In this document: piece by piece, positions 37,601 through 49,630 of the stretch
Numbering within the stretch: the first letter of the stretch is position 1
Layout: each line of letters opens with the position of its first letter
Origin: Selaginella moellendorffii
Lineage: Eukaryota > Plantae > Lycopodiophyta
Assembly: GCF_000143415.4 (NCBI RefSeq)
Contig: NW_003314267.1
Coordinates: 3,099,407 to 3,163,406, forward strand
Direction of reading: 5' to 3'
DNA: 64,000 nt
Made by a program: the position numbers and the translations under genes
The notes under the pieces: model-generated
Told to the model about the DNA's origin: nothing
Database searches by the model: none
Seen by the model: the letters and a program-made list of their open reading frames with translations, nothing else

Positions 37601-39224
37601 CAAATTGCATGCCATACAAAGTTGTAGAAATACTTAAGGAAAATGTCCCAATGCTAGAGCTATTATTCCCAAGGATGATCAAATGAGGTGCAAGGACATA
37701 GAACCTTCAAGCCAAAAAATTGTTTTTTGAAAGTCATTGTCAGGAAAACTCTTAGCTATTCCATGAGTGACTCATGTTATGATTTAACTATATAACAGGA
37801 TGGTTAAGGAGGTAAAGGTAGGTTATGTTTACTTTATTCTTTTTTCTCTTTCTCTCCCAGCTCTTTCACTCTCTCTGTGGCTATGGATATTCTTGTTGTA
37901 TGCTTTCCTTTTCTATTGCTCATGAACCCTTTATGGGCAAAAAATAGTTCTAGAAAGAATGCTTCAAGATGCTTCAACCTTGACAATGGTATTGGAACAT
38001 TCAAGTTTGATCATGGGATCATAATGGGGGTTCACACACCCAGCCCATACAAATTCCTTTTTCTTGATAGGGAAGGAGATGCTGTAAGAAGAAGGAATTT
38101 TTTGTTCTCACAATAGGGCTAAGCAACTTTTCACACGTGCAGAAACATGGCATGATGCTTCTTTGCAATCAAATTGGATTCCTTGGGCAACTTGTTGTGC
38201 AAGAGACTAGTCCTTGAACATTGGGCAGCTTCAAGAAAACAAATAACACCTACCCATATTTTGTAGCATTTTTTGTGCTTTACAGCCAAGGAATAAAACT
38301 AGTGATTTCAGTGACAAAAGGTTCCTCTCCCCCAATTGACACATTTGAAGAACTGGTTGACATTCCTCCTCTATCCTAAGAGGAGCAGTTGAGCAGATTT
38401 AAGGAGGTAAGCATTTTACACCAGCAAGAGTTAAAAGACTCTATCAAGAAGGGGCATAGGAGGAGTGTATGGTGTCCATATAGAAGATCTGGAGACAATA
38501 GGAGGAGCTGGAGCGGCAAGTGGAAAGGATATAAGGTATTGCCTTTGAAGCTTTGAGGACTCCCAACCACTGTGTGGCTATAGCCAAGAGTCAACATATA
38601 TTTATATTGGGTTTCCTAGGGTCTGCTCTTCTAGATCAGTTCCTTTCATGGATTTGCTCAGGTTTTGCTTCAAGGACATCAATGGTGGAGAAGGAGTGGG
38701 GATAGGTATGCTCCTCCAGTCTCTACAAGAAGCTTTGCTGGAAACACCACTCCATAAGAATTTGCATTGGGACTTTTAGGAAGTTTTGACAATTCTTTAG
38801 TGCTGCCAAAAGTCCTAGCTTCTCCAATGTTCCAACCTTTTCATTGCCTCCATCATTTCCAAGAAGCATAGGACAGCAGGAAAGTATTGCCTTTTCCCAG
38901 TAATATATTTCAGCATGGATAGCTACAGCAAGCATGGCTGCACCCATGTTTTCAATAGAGTGGTCCCCAAGAAACTTGATAGGAGTTTTGGGATGTGAAC
39001 ATGACTCTAATTAGTAGTTGTACAAGGAAAAGTTTCCCCTAGATCAATATGCTAGAGAAAATAATAGGCTACCATACCAATATATCATAGGAGCAATTCA
39101 AGCATATCCTACATGAAGAGTTCATTCTAATGCTAGTGGGTGACTTCCCTTTCAACAAACTCTACTCAATGTGCTACTTCCCTTGAAAACAATCATCGCA
39201 AGAATTCAATGAGGCTTAGATGAA

Positions 39225-39540
39225 ATCCCGAGACCAAGACTAAGGCTAAGACCGAGGCCCAAACTTAGACCAAGGCTTAGACCCAAATCAAAGCCTAGAC
39301 TAAGACTAAGGCCTTCACCAAAGTGATCATCTCCCAGACCCTAGGGGGTTTGGTAGGATAGTAAGGGGAGGATTCTAGAGGAATTATTGTGGTTATAAAA
39401 GGCTAGTGTGACTAAGGAAGGCATGGTGGGTGATGATATGAACATTAAGAAGTCCAAGGTTAGAGTGAACATAAATGGATAAGTTTTAGTGTTCAAGAGT
39501 TAGCTCCTCTAAGAGATCAAATGGTTGATACTCACAGCAA
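39225..39540 (+). mobile_element. Degenerate fragment of a family-A LTR
   Basis: Hexamer array followed by CCCAGACCCTAGGGGGTTTGGT and downstream sequence matching 49655-49900. Confidence 0.65.
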
Positions 39541-40099
39541 ACTGGGAAGCACTAGGCCCCCCACTGTTGGAGACGTGGAAATGGGCACAGGTAGATGGGA
39601 GGCTCCCGGCGGAGCTCCTAGAGGGACAGATTGTGTCAAGACCCCCAACAAGATCAAGACTAGAAAATGCAAAACACAAAGAGAAAGCTAGTGAATAACA
39701 AAGAAGAGGCCTTAAACTGGTGTTGATTCAGATTGTGGAGAAATGGAACAAGGCTAACCTATATATACTATAGGTTGATGAAGCTCTACCACTCTTGGAT
39801 CGAGGACGGCCCAAATATAGTTGAGGTTGAGGAGGCACCACATCATCATTAGGAATGTGGCTCGAGACTCAGGAATCGTACGGGAAAACGAGAGTCAGGA
39901 ATAGGAAAGTGTCTCGAGAGTCAGGAATGTAGTCTACAGGTCAGGAATCCGGCGAGAGTCAGGAATGTGGCAAGAATTGGGGAATTCCTGACAGCACCCC
40001 CTCCTCAAGAACGAGTGGAACGAGGACGTGAATGAGAACGAGGAGGAGGATGAGATGGGTGGCGAGGGACGGGAGATGGAGAAAAAGAATGAGGACTGG

Positions 40100-43000
40100 G
40101 ACAAGAAGGATAGCGGTGGTGGAAGTCTTGAACAAGGTCAGAAGAATGAATCAGGTTGTCCGCAGGTCCCAAGTGCGTTCTTCAGGTCCATAACCCTTCC
40201 AGTTGACCAGATAGTAGAGTTTAGACCGTGAGATCTTGGAATCAAGGATGTCCTGAACCTCGTAGTCAGACCCATCCTCGAGTTGCACTGGTGGAAGCGG
40301 AGGAATGACCCGATTTGGAATAGGACTGGGAATATAAGGCTCAAGGAGGGAGGAGTGAAAAACGGGGTGAATTTGATATGAGGAGGGAAGTGCAAGGCGA
40401 TAAATGACAGGATTAATGATGGCAGTGATAGGGAAAGGACCGAGGCGTTTGAAATCAAGTTTTGGACAGGGCCTGGTGGTGGAGATATTTTGCCTGAGGA
40501 GCCACACTTTATTCCCGATATTGTAAGGGGGACAATCTTGACGATGGACATTGGCAAATGTTTTGTGAGATTCCTGAGCACGATGGAGGTGGAAGGAGAT
40601 GGAGTTGTGGATTTCTTGGAGGTTGGAGACAAATGCCTCAGAGCGAGGATTTGAATGAGAGGATTCGGATGGAGAAGGAAGTGAGAGATTGAATCGGGGA
40701 TTTTGGCCAGAGTTTGCAAAGAAGGGGGAAATTCAAAGGGAGGAATGAACAGAGTTGTTATAGGAGAACTCAGCAAGGGGAAGGATATCAAACTAGTTAT
40801 CCTGATGATAGTTGATGAAGCACCTCAAGAATTGTTCCAACGTCTAAATCGTTCGCTCGGACTGCCCATCAGTTTGAGGATGATACGCCGAAGAGAGGTT
40901 GGCCTTCACTCTAAGCAGCTGCAAAAACTGTTTCCAAAAATGAGAGATGAACTGAGGCCCCCGATCCGAAACCACATCTGTAGGAATCCCATGAAGTCAG
41001 AAAATTTCCTTGAATACCAGTTTTGCCATGTCCTCGCCCGAAAACTCCTTGGTACATGGCAAGAAGTGCGCCATCTTTGTGAAGCGATCCACCACGACTA
41101 AAATGCTGTTGAAGCCTCAAGAACTCGGAAGATCACTCAAGAAATCCATGGAGATGGATTCCCAAGGACCTGAAGGGACCGGAAGGGAACGAAGCAAACC
41201 TGATGGAAGGTGGCGAGGTACCTTATTCCGGGCACAAGTGTCACAGGAGGTAACAAAAATTTTGATGTAGTCGTCCATGTGAGGCCACCAAAAGTCCCGT
41301 GCAACTAGCTCATAGGTTTTTGCAATGCCGAAGTGACCAGCAATCGGGCTATCGTGGCACGCCATCAGGACCAACCTTCGAGCATCACCTTCAGGAACGT
41401 AAAGCTGCTCCCCACGGTATAATAAGCCATCTAAGAACTTGAACTCATCAAATCGCCGACAGTCGGGAGTCACAGGGTGTCCAGCCTGAAGATGGGGGAA
41501 AATGTCGCTGGCAAGATCATCGGATTGAATATCGTTTCTGATTGCACCCATCAAGGAGGAGTCCTGCGGGGCCAAGGAAATTGCCATCACTTGAAGCCGA
41601 TCAGGACCGAGGATAACTTGATCCTGTTGATCGAAGGCAGGATTACCAGGCCTGAGACTGAGATAGGGGCACCTTGAAAGAGCATCACGAAGGCCTTGAA
41701 GCTTTCCAGGTCTGTACTTGATAACAAAGTCAAACCGACTCAAGAATTGTGCCCACCTTGCTTGACGACGGCTTAAAACTCGGGAAGTGGCAAAGTACTT
41801 GAGATTTTTGTGATCTGTCGAGACTGTTGTTTGATGGCCTGCCCCCTCCAAGAAATGGCGCCACTCTCCAAAGGAATCCACGATGGCAAGGAGCTCCTTG
41901 TCGTGGATTTCGTAATTGATCTCTGCAAGCTGGAATTTCCGAGAATGGAAAGCGATCGGATGAAGTTCTTGATCCGCTTCGAGTTGCGACAGCACAACAC
42001 CGATGGCAAAATCGGAGGCGTCAGCCTCGATGAAGAAAGGTTGTGAGGGATCAGCGTGGATCAAGACGGGAGCAGAATTGAAGGCCGCCTTGAGTGTGTC
42101 GAAGGCCTGCTGGGCAGCAGCAGACCAAGAGAAGGGAACATCCTTGCGAGTGAGATGCGTGAGAGGAAGGACAATGTCAGAGTAGTGATCAATGAATTTG
42201 CGGTAGAAGTTGGCAAAGCCAAGGAAAACCTGAATGTCTGACATTGATTGTGGAGGCTCCCATTCGAGAATAGTCTTGACTTTGGCAGGATCCATTGTGA
42301 TACCCTCAGGAGTGACAATGTACCCAAGGAACTCCACAGACTCCTGATCGAAGGAACATTTCTCAAGCTTCGCGTATAGGCCGTGTTCTTGCAGCTTTGC
42401 CAGCACCTTGCGTACATGTTCATCGTGCTCCTCCTGAGTTTTCGAGTAGATGAGGATGTCATCGAGGTAGACGATCACCATCTGATCAAGAAACTCCCAA
42501 AAGACGTCGTTTGCCATGTGTTGGAAAACTGCTGGAGCATTTGTCAAGCCAAACGGCACGACAGTGTACTCGAAGTGGCCATAGCGGGTTCGGAACGCAG
42601 TCTTCCATTCATCACCAGGCCGGATCCGTATCATGTTGTATGCTCCACGGAGGTCGATCTTAGTGAAGAAGCGGGCACTACCGAGGCATTCCAACAGGTC
42701 CGAGATCAGGGGCAGTGGATAACAGTTCCGAACAGTCACCTTGTTCAAACCTTGGTAGTCGATGACTAGCCGCAAACTCCCATCCTTCTTCTTGACAAAG
42801 AAGATAGGCGCTCCAGCCGGGACTGCGAATGCTGAATATACCCTGAGGCAAGGTTCTCATCCACGTAATCTTTGAGGGCCTGAAGCTCGGACGGGGATAA
42901 TCCATAGATAGGCCCCCACAGAGGTGATGCTCCTTCCTGTAAATCAATGGGACAGTCATAAGGCCGATGAACAGGCAGTACACTAGCTTTTTTCTTGTCA

Positions 43001-43700
43001 AACACATCCCCAAAATCATGATACTTCTCAGGAAGACTGACAGGAGAAACATGCAAAGCAAAAAGGAAAATAGGTTCTTCATGAAGAAGTTCTTTCATAG
43101 TGATTGTGGAGATAGGAAGAGATGTACGACTAAATGGAATGATGAGACAAGGATACTGTCCAGTGTAAGATGGAAGAGAGGAAAAAGAAGAGGGTGAAAA
43201 CTTTGTAGAGTCAGGAATAGATCCCCGATTTGAGTTTAGGGAACTTTTCCTAATTCGGACTCGATGAACAGCAGGGGAAGCCATGGAAGATGGTGATGTG
43301 GGAGAGACGAGTTGTAATTCCTTCCAACAGATCTGAGGCTGATGTAGTTGGAACCAAGGGAGGCCAAGCACCACAGAGGAGGACTTGCTGTTGATGATGT
43401 TGAAGGCGATATCGGTGACAGTGGACCCGATGTGTACTCGAACGGGCAACGTTTCCCTAAGTCCAGAAGAGGGAGACACAAAATGCCCACCAATACCTTC
43501 AACCCGCAGATCCCGTATGGTAGGAGAAAGAGGAACGTGATGTCGGGCAGCAAAGTCCATGTCCATGAAGCAGGAAGTTGCACCCGAGTCCAGTAGCACC
43601 AGAGCCTTGAGTCCTGATTGTCCGGTGAAAGAAAGGAGACATGGGACGCGGAAGTTGCGGGAATTGGTGGTGGCTTTGATGAAAGGTGGTGAGGAGCTTG
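40100..43700 (-). CDS. pol: Pol (protease, RT, RNase H, integrase, chromodomain), frameshifted and stopped
   Basis: LLDSGA, YLDD, EADASD, GHFG..CDTC, MDF and [19 protein letters not shown]. Confidence 0.92.
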
Positions 43701-43829
43701 ATAAAGAAGAAAAGTGATTTTTATTCGGGGAGTCCAAACAGGCAGCTCCTACTCTGTTTGGACAGAGTCGTTTCCCGACTGCAACAAAGATGGACTTTGA
43801 GGCAGAGTGAACTCGAGTAGTCGGGGAGG

Positions 43830-44700
43830 CTTCTTGGGACACACAGCTACTTTGTGATTAGGATCAGCACAGTAGAGGCAAAGACTATGAGATATTCAAC
43901 GTTGCTTCTCAGCAGGACTCAACTTCCCTCTAATGAGTCGGGGAGTACCAGAAATATCCATTGGGACCGGAGCAGTAGGTTCAGGAGTATGCCCTGAAGA
44001 TTCAAGTTGGGATTCCTGAGTCTGGGACGGGAAAACGGCGGCACGGCGACTTTCCTAACGACGTTCAAAGAGATGATTGTCGCATCGAACAGCTTTGTTG
44101 ATAGCGTCCGACAAGTCCGTGGGATCCTCCATGGTGAGCAACAAATCCTTGACACCGTTGTTGAGGCCAAAACGAAATTGATCAATCAGGGCCCGCTCAT
44201 CCCACTGAGTGTCCAAGGCAAGGAGTTGGAACTCTGCAGCATAGATTGAGGCAGGACGAGACCCTTGAGAAAGACGTCTCATCTTTGTGGTGGCAGCCCA
44301 AACCCGATCCGTCTCGCCAAAACATGCTTCGAGCTTCTCTTTGAACAATTGAAGATCCATCAGCTCCGGAACCACGACCCCTTTCATGCTCTTCTCTAGG
44401 AGAGGAGAAAACCATGACAAAGCTGCACCTTCGAGCAACGTCCCAATCGCACCGATTTGAGACTCGGGAGTGGGGTACTGCCGATGTTGAAGTGCGAAGA
44501 TCAGCTCCATTTGGTTCAGGAATCCGTGAAGCTCCGAACGCTTCCCTGAAAATTTTGCCGGGAAACTCACCTTCGGTTCAGGAACCTTGCTGGATCCTTG
44601 AGCCGAAAGTGAAACAAGCTCCTGCTGCATGCAAAGAAGGGTCGCCTTCAGCTCGGTATTCTCAGACTGGATTGTTGCAAGGACTTCAGCAAAGAAATCA
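43830..44700 (-). CDS. gag: Gag with CX2CX4HX4C knuckle (disrupted)
   Basis: PAKFSGKRSELHGFLNQ, LEGAALSWF and QFRFGL in ORF 44055-44867; LCLYCADPNHKVAVCP at ~43835-43883. Confidence 0.85.
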
Positions 44701-44804
44701 GGATGACTTGGAGACTCTATTGGAAAAGAAGAAAGAAAAAAAGGGGAAAAAAAGGCAAAGGTAATCAAACAATCAAAATGAGCTAAAGAAAAAAAACGAA
44801 ATAG

Positions 44805-44819
44805 CACAATCTGAATCAA
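44805..44819 (-). promoter_or_regulatory. Self-priming PBS
   Basis: CACAATCTGAATCAA (44805-44819) is the exact inverted complement of 44912-44926 within the 5' LTR. That site lies ~25 nt downstream of the TATA (44949-44956) on the minus strand. Confidence 0.85.
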
Positions 44820-45213
44820 ACTGTCAAGACCCCCAACAAGATCAAGACTAGAAAATGCAAAAGACAAAGAGAAAAGCTAGTGAATAACAAAGAAGAGGCC
44901 TTAGACTAGTGTTGATTCAGATTGTGGAGAAATGGAACAAGGCTAACCTATATATACTATAGGTTGATGAAGCTCCACCACTCTTGGATCGAGGACGGCC
45001 CAAATATAGTTGAGGTTGAGGAGGTGCCACATCATCATTAGGAATGTGGCTCGAGACTCAGGAATCGTATGGGAAAATGAGAGTCAGGAATAGGGAAGTG
45101 TCTCGAGAGTCAGGAATAGGGAAGTGTCTCGAGAGTCAGGAATCTAGTCTACAGGTCAGGAATCCGGCGAGAGTTAGGAATTTGGCAAGAATTGGGGAAT
45201 TCCTGACAGATTG

Positions 45214-47594
45214 CTCTTCTGCCAAAACCAGGGGATTTAAAAGAATTGAGGAATTGGCGCCCAATAACGATGCTCATGATGGCATATAAAATCTATGCAA
45301 AAGCGATGGCCCTCAAACTCCAACCGGTGATGCTGATGGTAATTAGAGAGCAGCAGACAGGTTTTGTCCCAGGAAGACAGATCGTAGAGAACATATGGAC
45401 ATATCTTCTCGCTCAGAGATGGGCAAATGTCTCGAATCAACACGCGGTGGCATGGCTCTTGGACTTCGAAAAGGCATATGACAGGGTGGATTGGGATTTC
45501 CTAGAGCATTGCATGGGAAGGATTGGGCTCCCGTCTCAGATGGTGAAGAGGATTTCCCTGCTATACAAAGGAGTGTCGAGCAGGGTCGTAATCAATGGGG
45601 AGCTTGGACCACCCTTTGAGCTGGGGAGATCTGTCCGGCAGGGATGTCCCTTGGCACCGTACTTATTCCTGATCATGGCAGAAGTGTTAGGAGCGTTCTT
45701 GACTAAGAAAGGATCAATCAAGGGACTAGTCCTCCCACAGTCTCGTGAGCAGCTCCATGGTACAGAACAGGTGGTGCACTCCCTGTTGGATGGGGCCTTC
45801 GCGGACGATATGGCCCTATTCCTGGAAGCGTCACAGGAAAACTTAGACAAAGCGAAGGAAGGCCTCGAAATATTCAACGTAGCAGCAGGGGCAGCCATCA
45901 ACTGGAACAAGTCCGTAGGGGTCAATTGGGGAGCCCAGGGGATCGAGACATGGGGACAGTCTATAGGGTTCCAATGGTTGGCGCAAGGGGAGTCCACGAG
46001 ATACCTTGGTATACAGGTAGGAGTTCATTTCCGCGCAAACACACAAGACGAAATGCTGCTGAGCTGTACTAGAACCACAATCCTCAAATGTTCACTGAGG
46101 AAACTGGGGCTACCAGCTCGAGTAGTAGTGGCAAGAAGCATAATCCTCCCGGGGATCTGGTACCACCTATCAATATGGCTGGTGCTGGAGGCAACAATAA
46201 AGAAACTACGTGCAATGGTTCACATGTACGTGTGGAGAGGTGCTTTGGTCTCGGGGAGGACCATGGCAAAAGTGGCGTGGCAATCGACGGCACGACCTCG
46301 GGCACTCAGAGGGCTGGGAATAATCGACCCGAGTGACATGGCAAAGGCGCTGAGGTATAAAGTGATCTTGTTGGGACTACAGCCAGGCCACCAACCATGG
46401 AAGCTGCTCTTCAGGAAGAGCCTCCTTTCGATTCGGCCAAAGCAGGGACCCGCAGTGCCGTGGGAGGAGGATCCGCGATGGCTCTTTACGGAGGGACAGA
46501 CACAGGTTATTGGTGGTGGACCACTCATACAAGGAATACACTGGCTCTGGAAGTCCTTCCCTCTGGACCAGGTCACTTTCACAAGGGCAGAGGACTGGCT
46601 AAACCAGCCTCTTTTCTTCAACGCGCTGTTCAAAGAAGGCCAAACAACATTAGGACAAGAAAGGAACCATACGACTTGGAGGCACTTGCACCAGGGAGGT
46701 TTCCGGACGCTCAAGGACTTGGTGGGCATGGTGGATAGAAACAAGGTGGTAGCCATTCAGAGACTTAATGCTTTCCACACAGGGACGAGGAGGAACCTCC
46801 ACAAAGATCTCATTCGGCTGATCAGGGCTACGTGCGACGCTTGCCCGGGAAAGGCTTGGCCGAGACGTAAACTTGTAGAGGAGGACTTTGTAGTACTGCA
46901 GTGCGGGACGCAAGTCAGAGGGACTAAGGGAAAGCTGGGGCACTGGTCCCGAGTGTTCACGGCCCCCACTCCAGAGTGGAGTAATGGTGTGACTGAGGTA
47001 TGGTGGGTTATCTCCCCCGGTGAGAACACCGGACGACCATTCCGGGCACTTGACAACAGGATGCTGATGGAGAGGGGAGACACACAACAGATGCCAGACA
47101 TCAGCGATGGGGAGGTCATGGGGAGAATTCACGTCCTCCACCAAACGCCCAAGAAGGTGGAAGTCGCAGAGTTAGGCCGGAGCAGTAGCGAAACAGGGAC
47201 CTTTATTTGGTGGAGGAATCAGCTCATCGAGGAGCTAGAATGGGATCCTGTAGGGTGGAGATGTGGGACACAAGAATTTTTTGAGTATGAGGTGAAGGAA
47301 GCTCGTGACAATCTCATGGTCAACTGGGAATTCCAGCGCGAGGAGATGCCAAAGTTGTGGAGGAAATGGGTGGAGCTAGGGGTAGATGCGGGGGAAGTTG
47401 TGAACAACACCCATGATTTCTGGAAGCTCCCGGTCCACGAGAAGGTAAAGGTGACATCGTGGCTTGTAGCCATAAACAGGCTCCCGGTAGGTCAGAGATT
47501 TCAGGAGGATGCAACACAGAGATGCAGAGAATGTGGGGTGCTGGAGACAGTGGCACATGTCTTCTGGGAGTGCGATGTGACGAAGGAGGTATAG
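45214..47594 (+). CDS. LINE reverse transcriptase with C-terminal zinc finger
   Basis: NWRPIT, QTGFVPGR, LDFEKAYDRVDW, RQGCPLAPYLF, FADD, RYLG, GLGI and CRECGVLETVAHVFWEC. Confidence 0.92.
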
Positions 47595-49199
47595 AAGCAG
47601 ATCTCGCGAGCCACAAAAGAACTAGGAGTCATGCAGGAGTTTGAGGTCAGGGAGGGTGATACGCTGCAGTGGTTCTAAGGAGCGAGGGGACCCCCCACGG
47701 GACCTGCTTGGAGACGGATCAAATGCTGGTCACAACGGGTGGGGGGTACGAGCTAGGTGGGATCCGACAGGAGCAAAGATCAGGACCACAGTATGGGAGG
47801 CAATGGGTCATGATAGATGGGCGATCTGGAGAGCCACGACAGTTCAGGCACTTTGGGAAGTGAGGAACCTCCACCACTTTGAAGGCAAGCAGGCATGGGT
47901 TTCAGCGATCATAGCGACGTGGTGGAGGCTGTCACTAGCAGCAGTCAAGTTGAGTTATGGTACCTTGAGCTATGAGCTAGTTGCACGGGACTTTTGGTGG
48001 CCCCACATGGACGACTACATCAAAGCTTTTGTTACCTCCTGTGACACTTGCGCCCGGAATAAGGTACCTCGCCACCTTCCTTCAGGTTTGCTTCATTCCC
48101 TTCCGGTCCCTTCAGGTCCTTGAGAATCCATCTCCATGGATTTCTTGAGTGATCTTCCGAGTTCTAGAGGCTTCAACAGCATTTTAGTCGTGGTGGATCA
48201 CTTCACAAAGATGGTGCACTTCTTGCCATGTACCAAAGAGTTTTCGGGCGAGGACATGGCAAAACTGGTATTTAGGGAAATTTTCCGACTTCATGGGATT
48301 CCTACGGATGTGGTTTCGGATCGGGGGCCTCAGTTCATCTCTCATTTCTGGAAACGGTTTTTGCAGCTGCTTGGAGTGAAGGCCAACCTCTCTTCGGCTT
48401 ATCATCCTCAAACTGATGGGCACTCTGAGCGAACGATTCAGACGTTAGAACAATTCTTGAGATGCTTCATCAACTATCATCAGGATAACTAGTTCGATAT
48501 CCTTCCCCTTGCTGAGTTCTCCTATAACAACTCTGTTCACTCCTCTCTTTGAATTTCCCCCTTCTTTGCAAACTCTGGCCGAAATCCCCGATTCAATCTC
48601 TCACTTCCTTCTCCATCCGAATGCTCTCATTCAAATCCCCACTCTGAGGCATTTGTCTCCAACCTCCAAGAAATCCACAACTCCATCTCCTTCCACCTCC
48701 ATCGAGCTTAGGAATCTCACAAAACATTTGCCAATATCCATCGTCAGGATTGTCCCCCTTACAATATCGGGGATAAAGTTTGGCTCCTCAGGCGAAATAT
48801 CTCCACCACCAGGCCTTGTCCAAAACTTGATTTCAAACGCCTCGGTCCTTTCCCTATCACTGCCATCATTAATCCTATCACTTATTGCCTTGCACTTCCC
48901 TCCTCATATCAAATTCACCCCGTTTTTCATTCCTCTCTCCTTGAGCCTTATATTCCCAGTCCTATGTGAGACACAAAATCCCTAGGCCCCAAAGTGGAGC
49001 CGGAAAGGGTGTCACGTGGTAGTGGCTGAAGTGAGAGCCAAACGAGCGTAACACATTTGGACCAAAAGCTCCGGCTTGAAAAGTCAAGAGCGGGAGTGGA
49101 ACTCCCAAAGAAGTGCTCGAGGAACGAGCACGAAGCGAGCAAAAAGCGAGGCTCCAAAAAGGGACCCAAAAGGACCAACACATGACACGTGGAAGTGTC

Positions 49200-49630
49200 C
49201 GAGATGGACTCGAGTTGGAGTCCGAAGTGGAGTCCAAGATGGACCCGAGATGGAGTCCGAGATGGAGTCCGAGATGGAGTCCGAGATGGAGTCCGAAATG
49301 GAGTCCGAGATGGAGTCCGAGGTGGACCCGAGATGGACCCGAAATGGAGTCCGAGATGGAGTCCGAGATGGACCCGAAATGGAGTCCGAGATGGACCCGA
49401 GATGGAGTCCGAGATGGACCCGAGATGGAGTCCAAGATGGAGTCCGAGATGGAGTCCGAGATGGAGTCCGAGATGGAGTCCGAAGTCGAGACCGAGACCG
49501 GGACCGAGACCGAGACCGAGATCGGGACCGAGAACGAGACTGAGGCCGAGGCCGAGACCGAGCCCGAGCCCGAGTCCGAGTCCGAGTCCGAGTCCGAGTC
49601 TGAGTCCGAGTCCGAGTTAGAGTCTGAGAG
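49200..49630 (+). repeat. Tandem 12-mer GAGATGGAGTCC and hexamer GAGACC/GAGTCC array in the 5' LTR
   Basis: Directly visible; an expanded counterpart lies at ~54968-55462. Confidence 0.95.

Larger units (their letters stand above)
39634..45208 (-). mobile_element. Full-length chromovirus, family B (Tcn1/Tf1-like)
   Basis: 5' LTR 44822-45208, 3' LTR 39634-39993, TSD GATTG (39629-39633, 45209-45213), PPT next to 39994. Gene order gag-PR-RT-RH-INT-CHD with a few lesions. Confidence 0.96.
39541..47969 (+). mobile_element. LINE (L1/Tx1-like) ORF2, 5'-truncated and split by a chromovirus insertion
   Basis: WEALGPPLLETWKWAQVDGRLPAELLEGQI joins ALLPKPGDLKELRNWRPITML across TSD GATTG. The 3' end is fused to a gypsy integrase at ~47970. 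Confidence 0.88.

Noticed and set aside
37850-39200. Possible decayed minus-strand LINE 3' region
   Set aside because: Only vague similarity with no diagnostic RT or zinc-finger motif.
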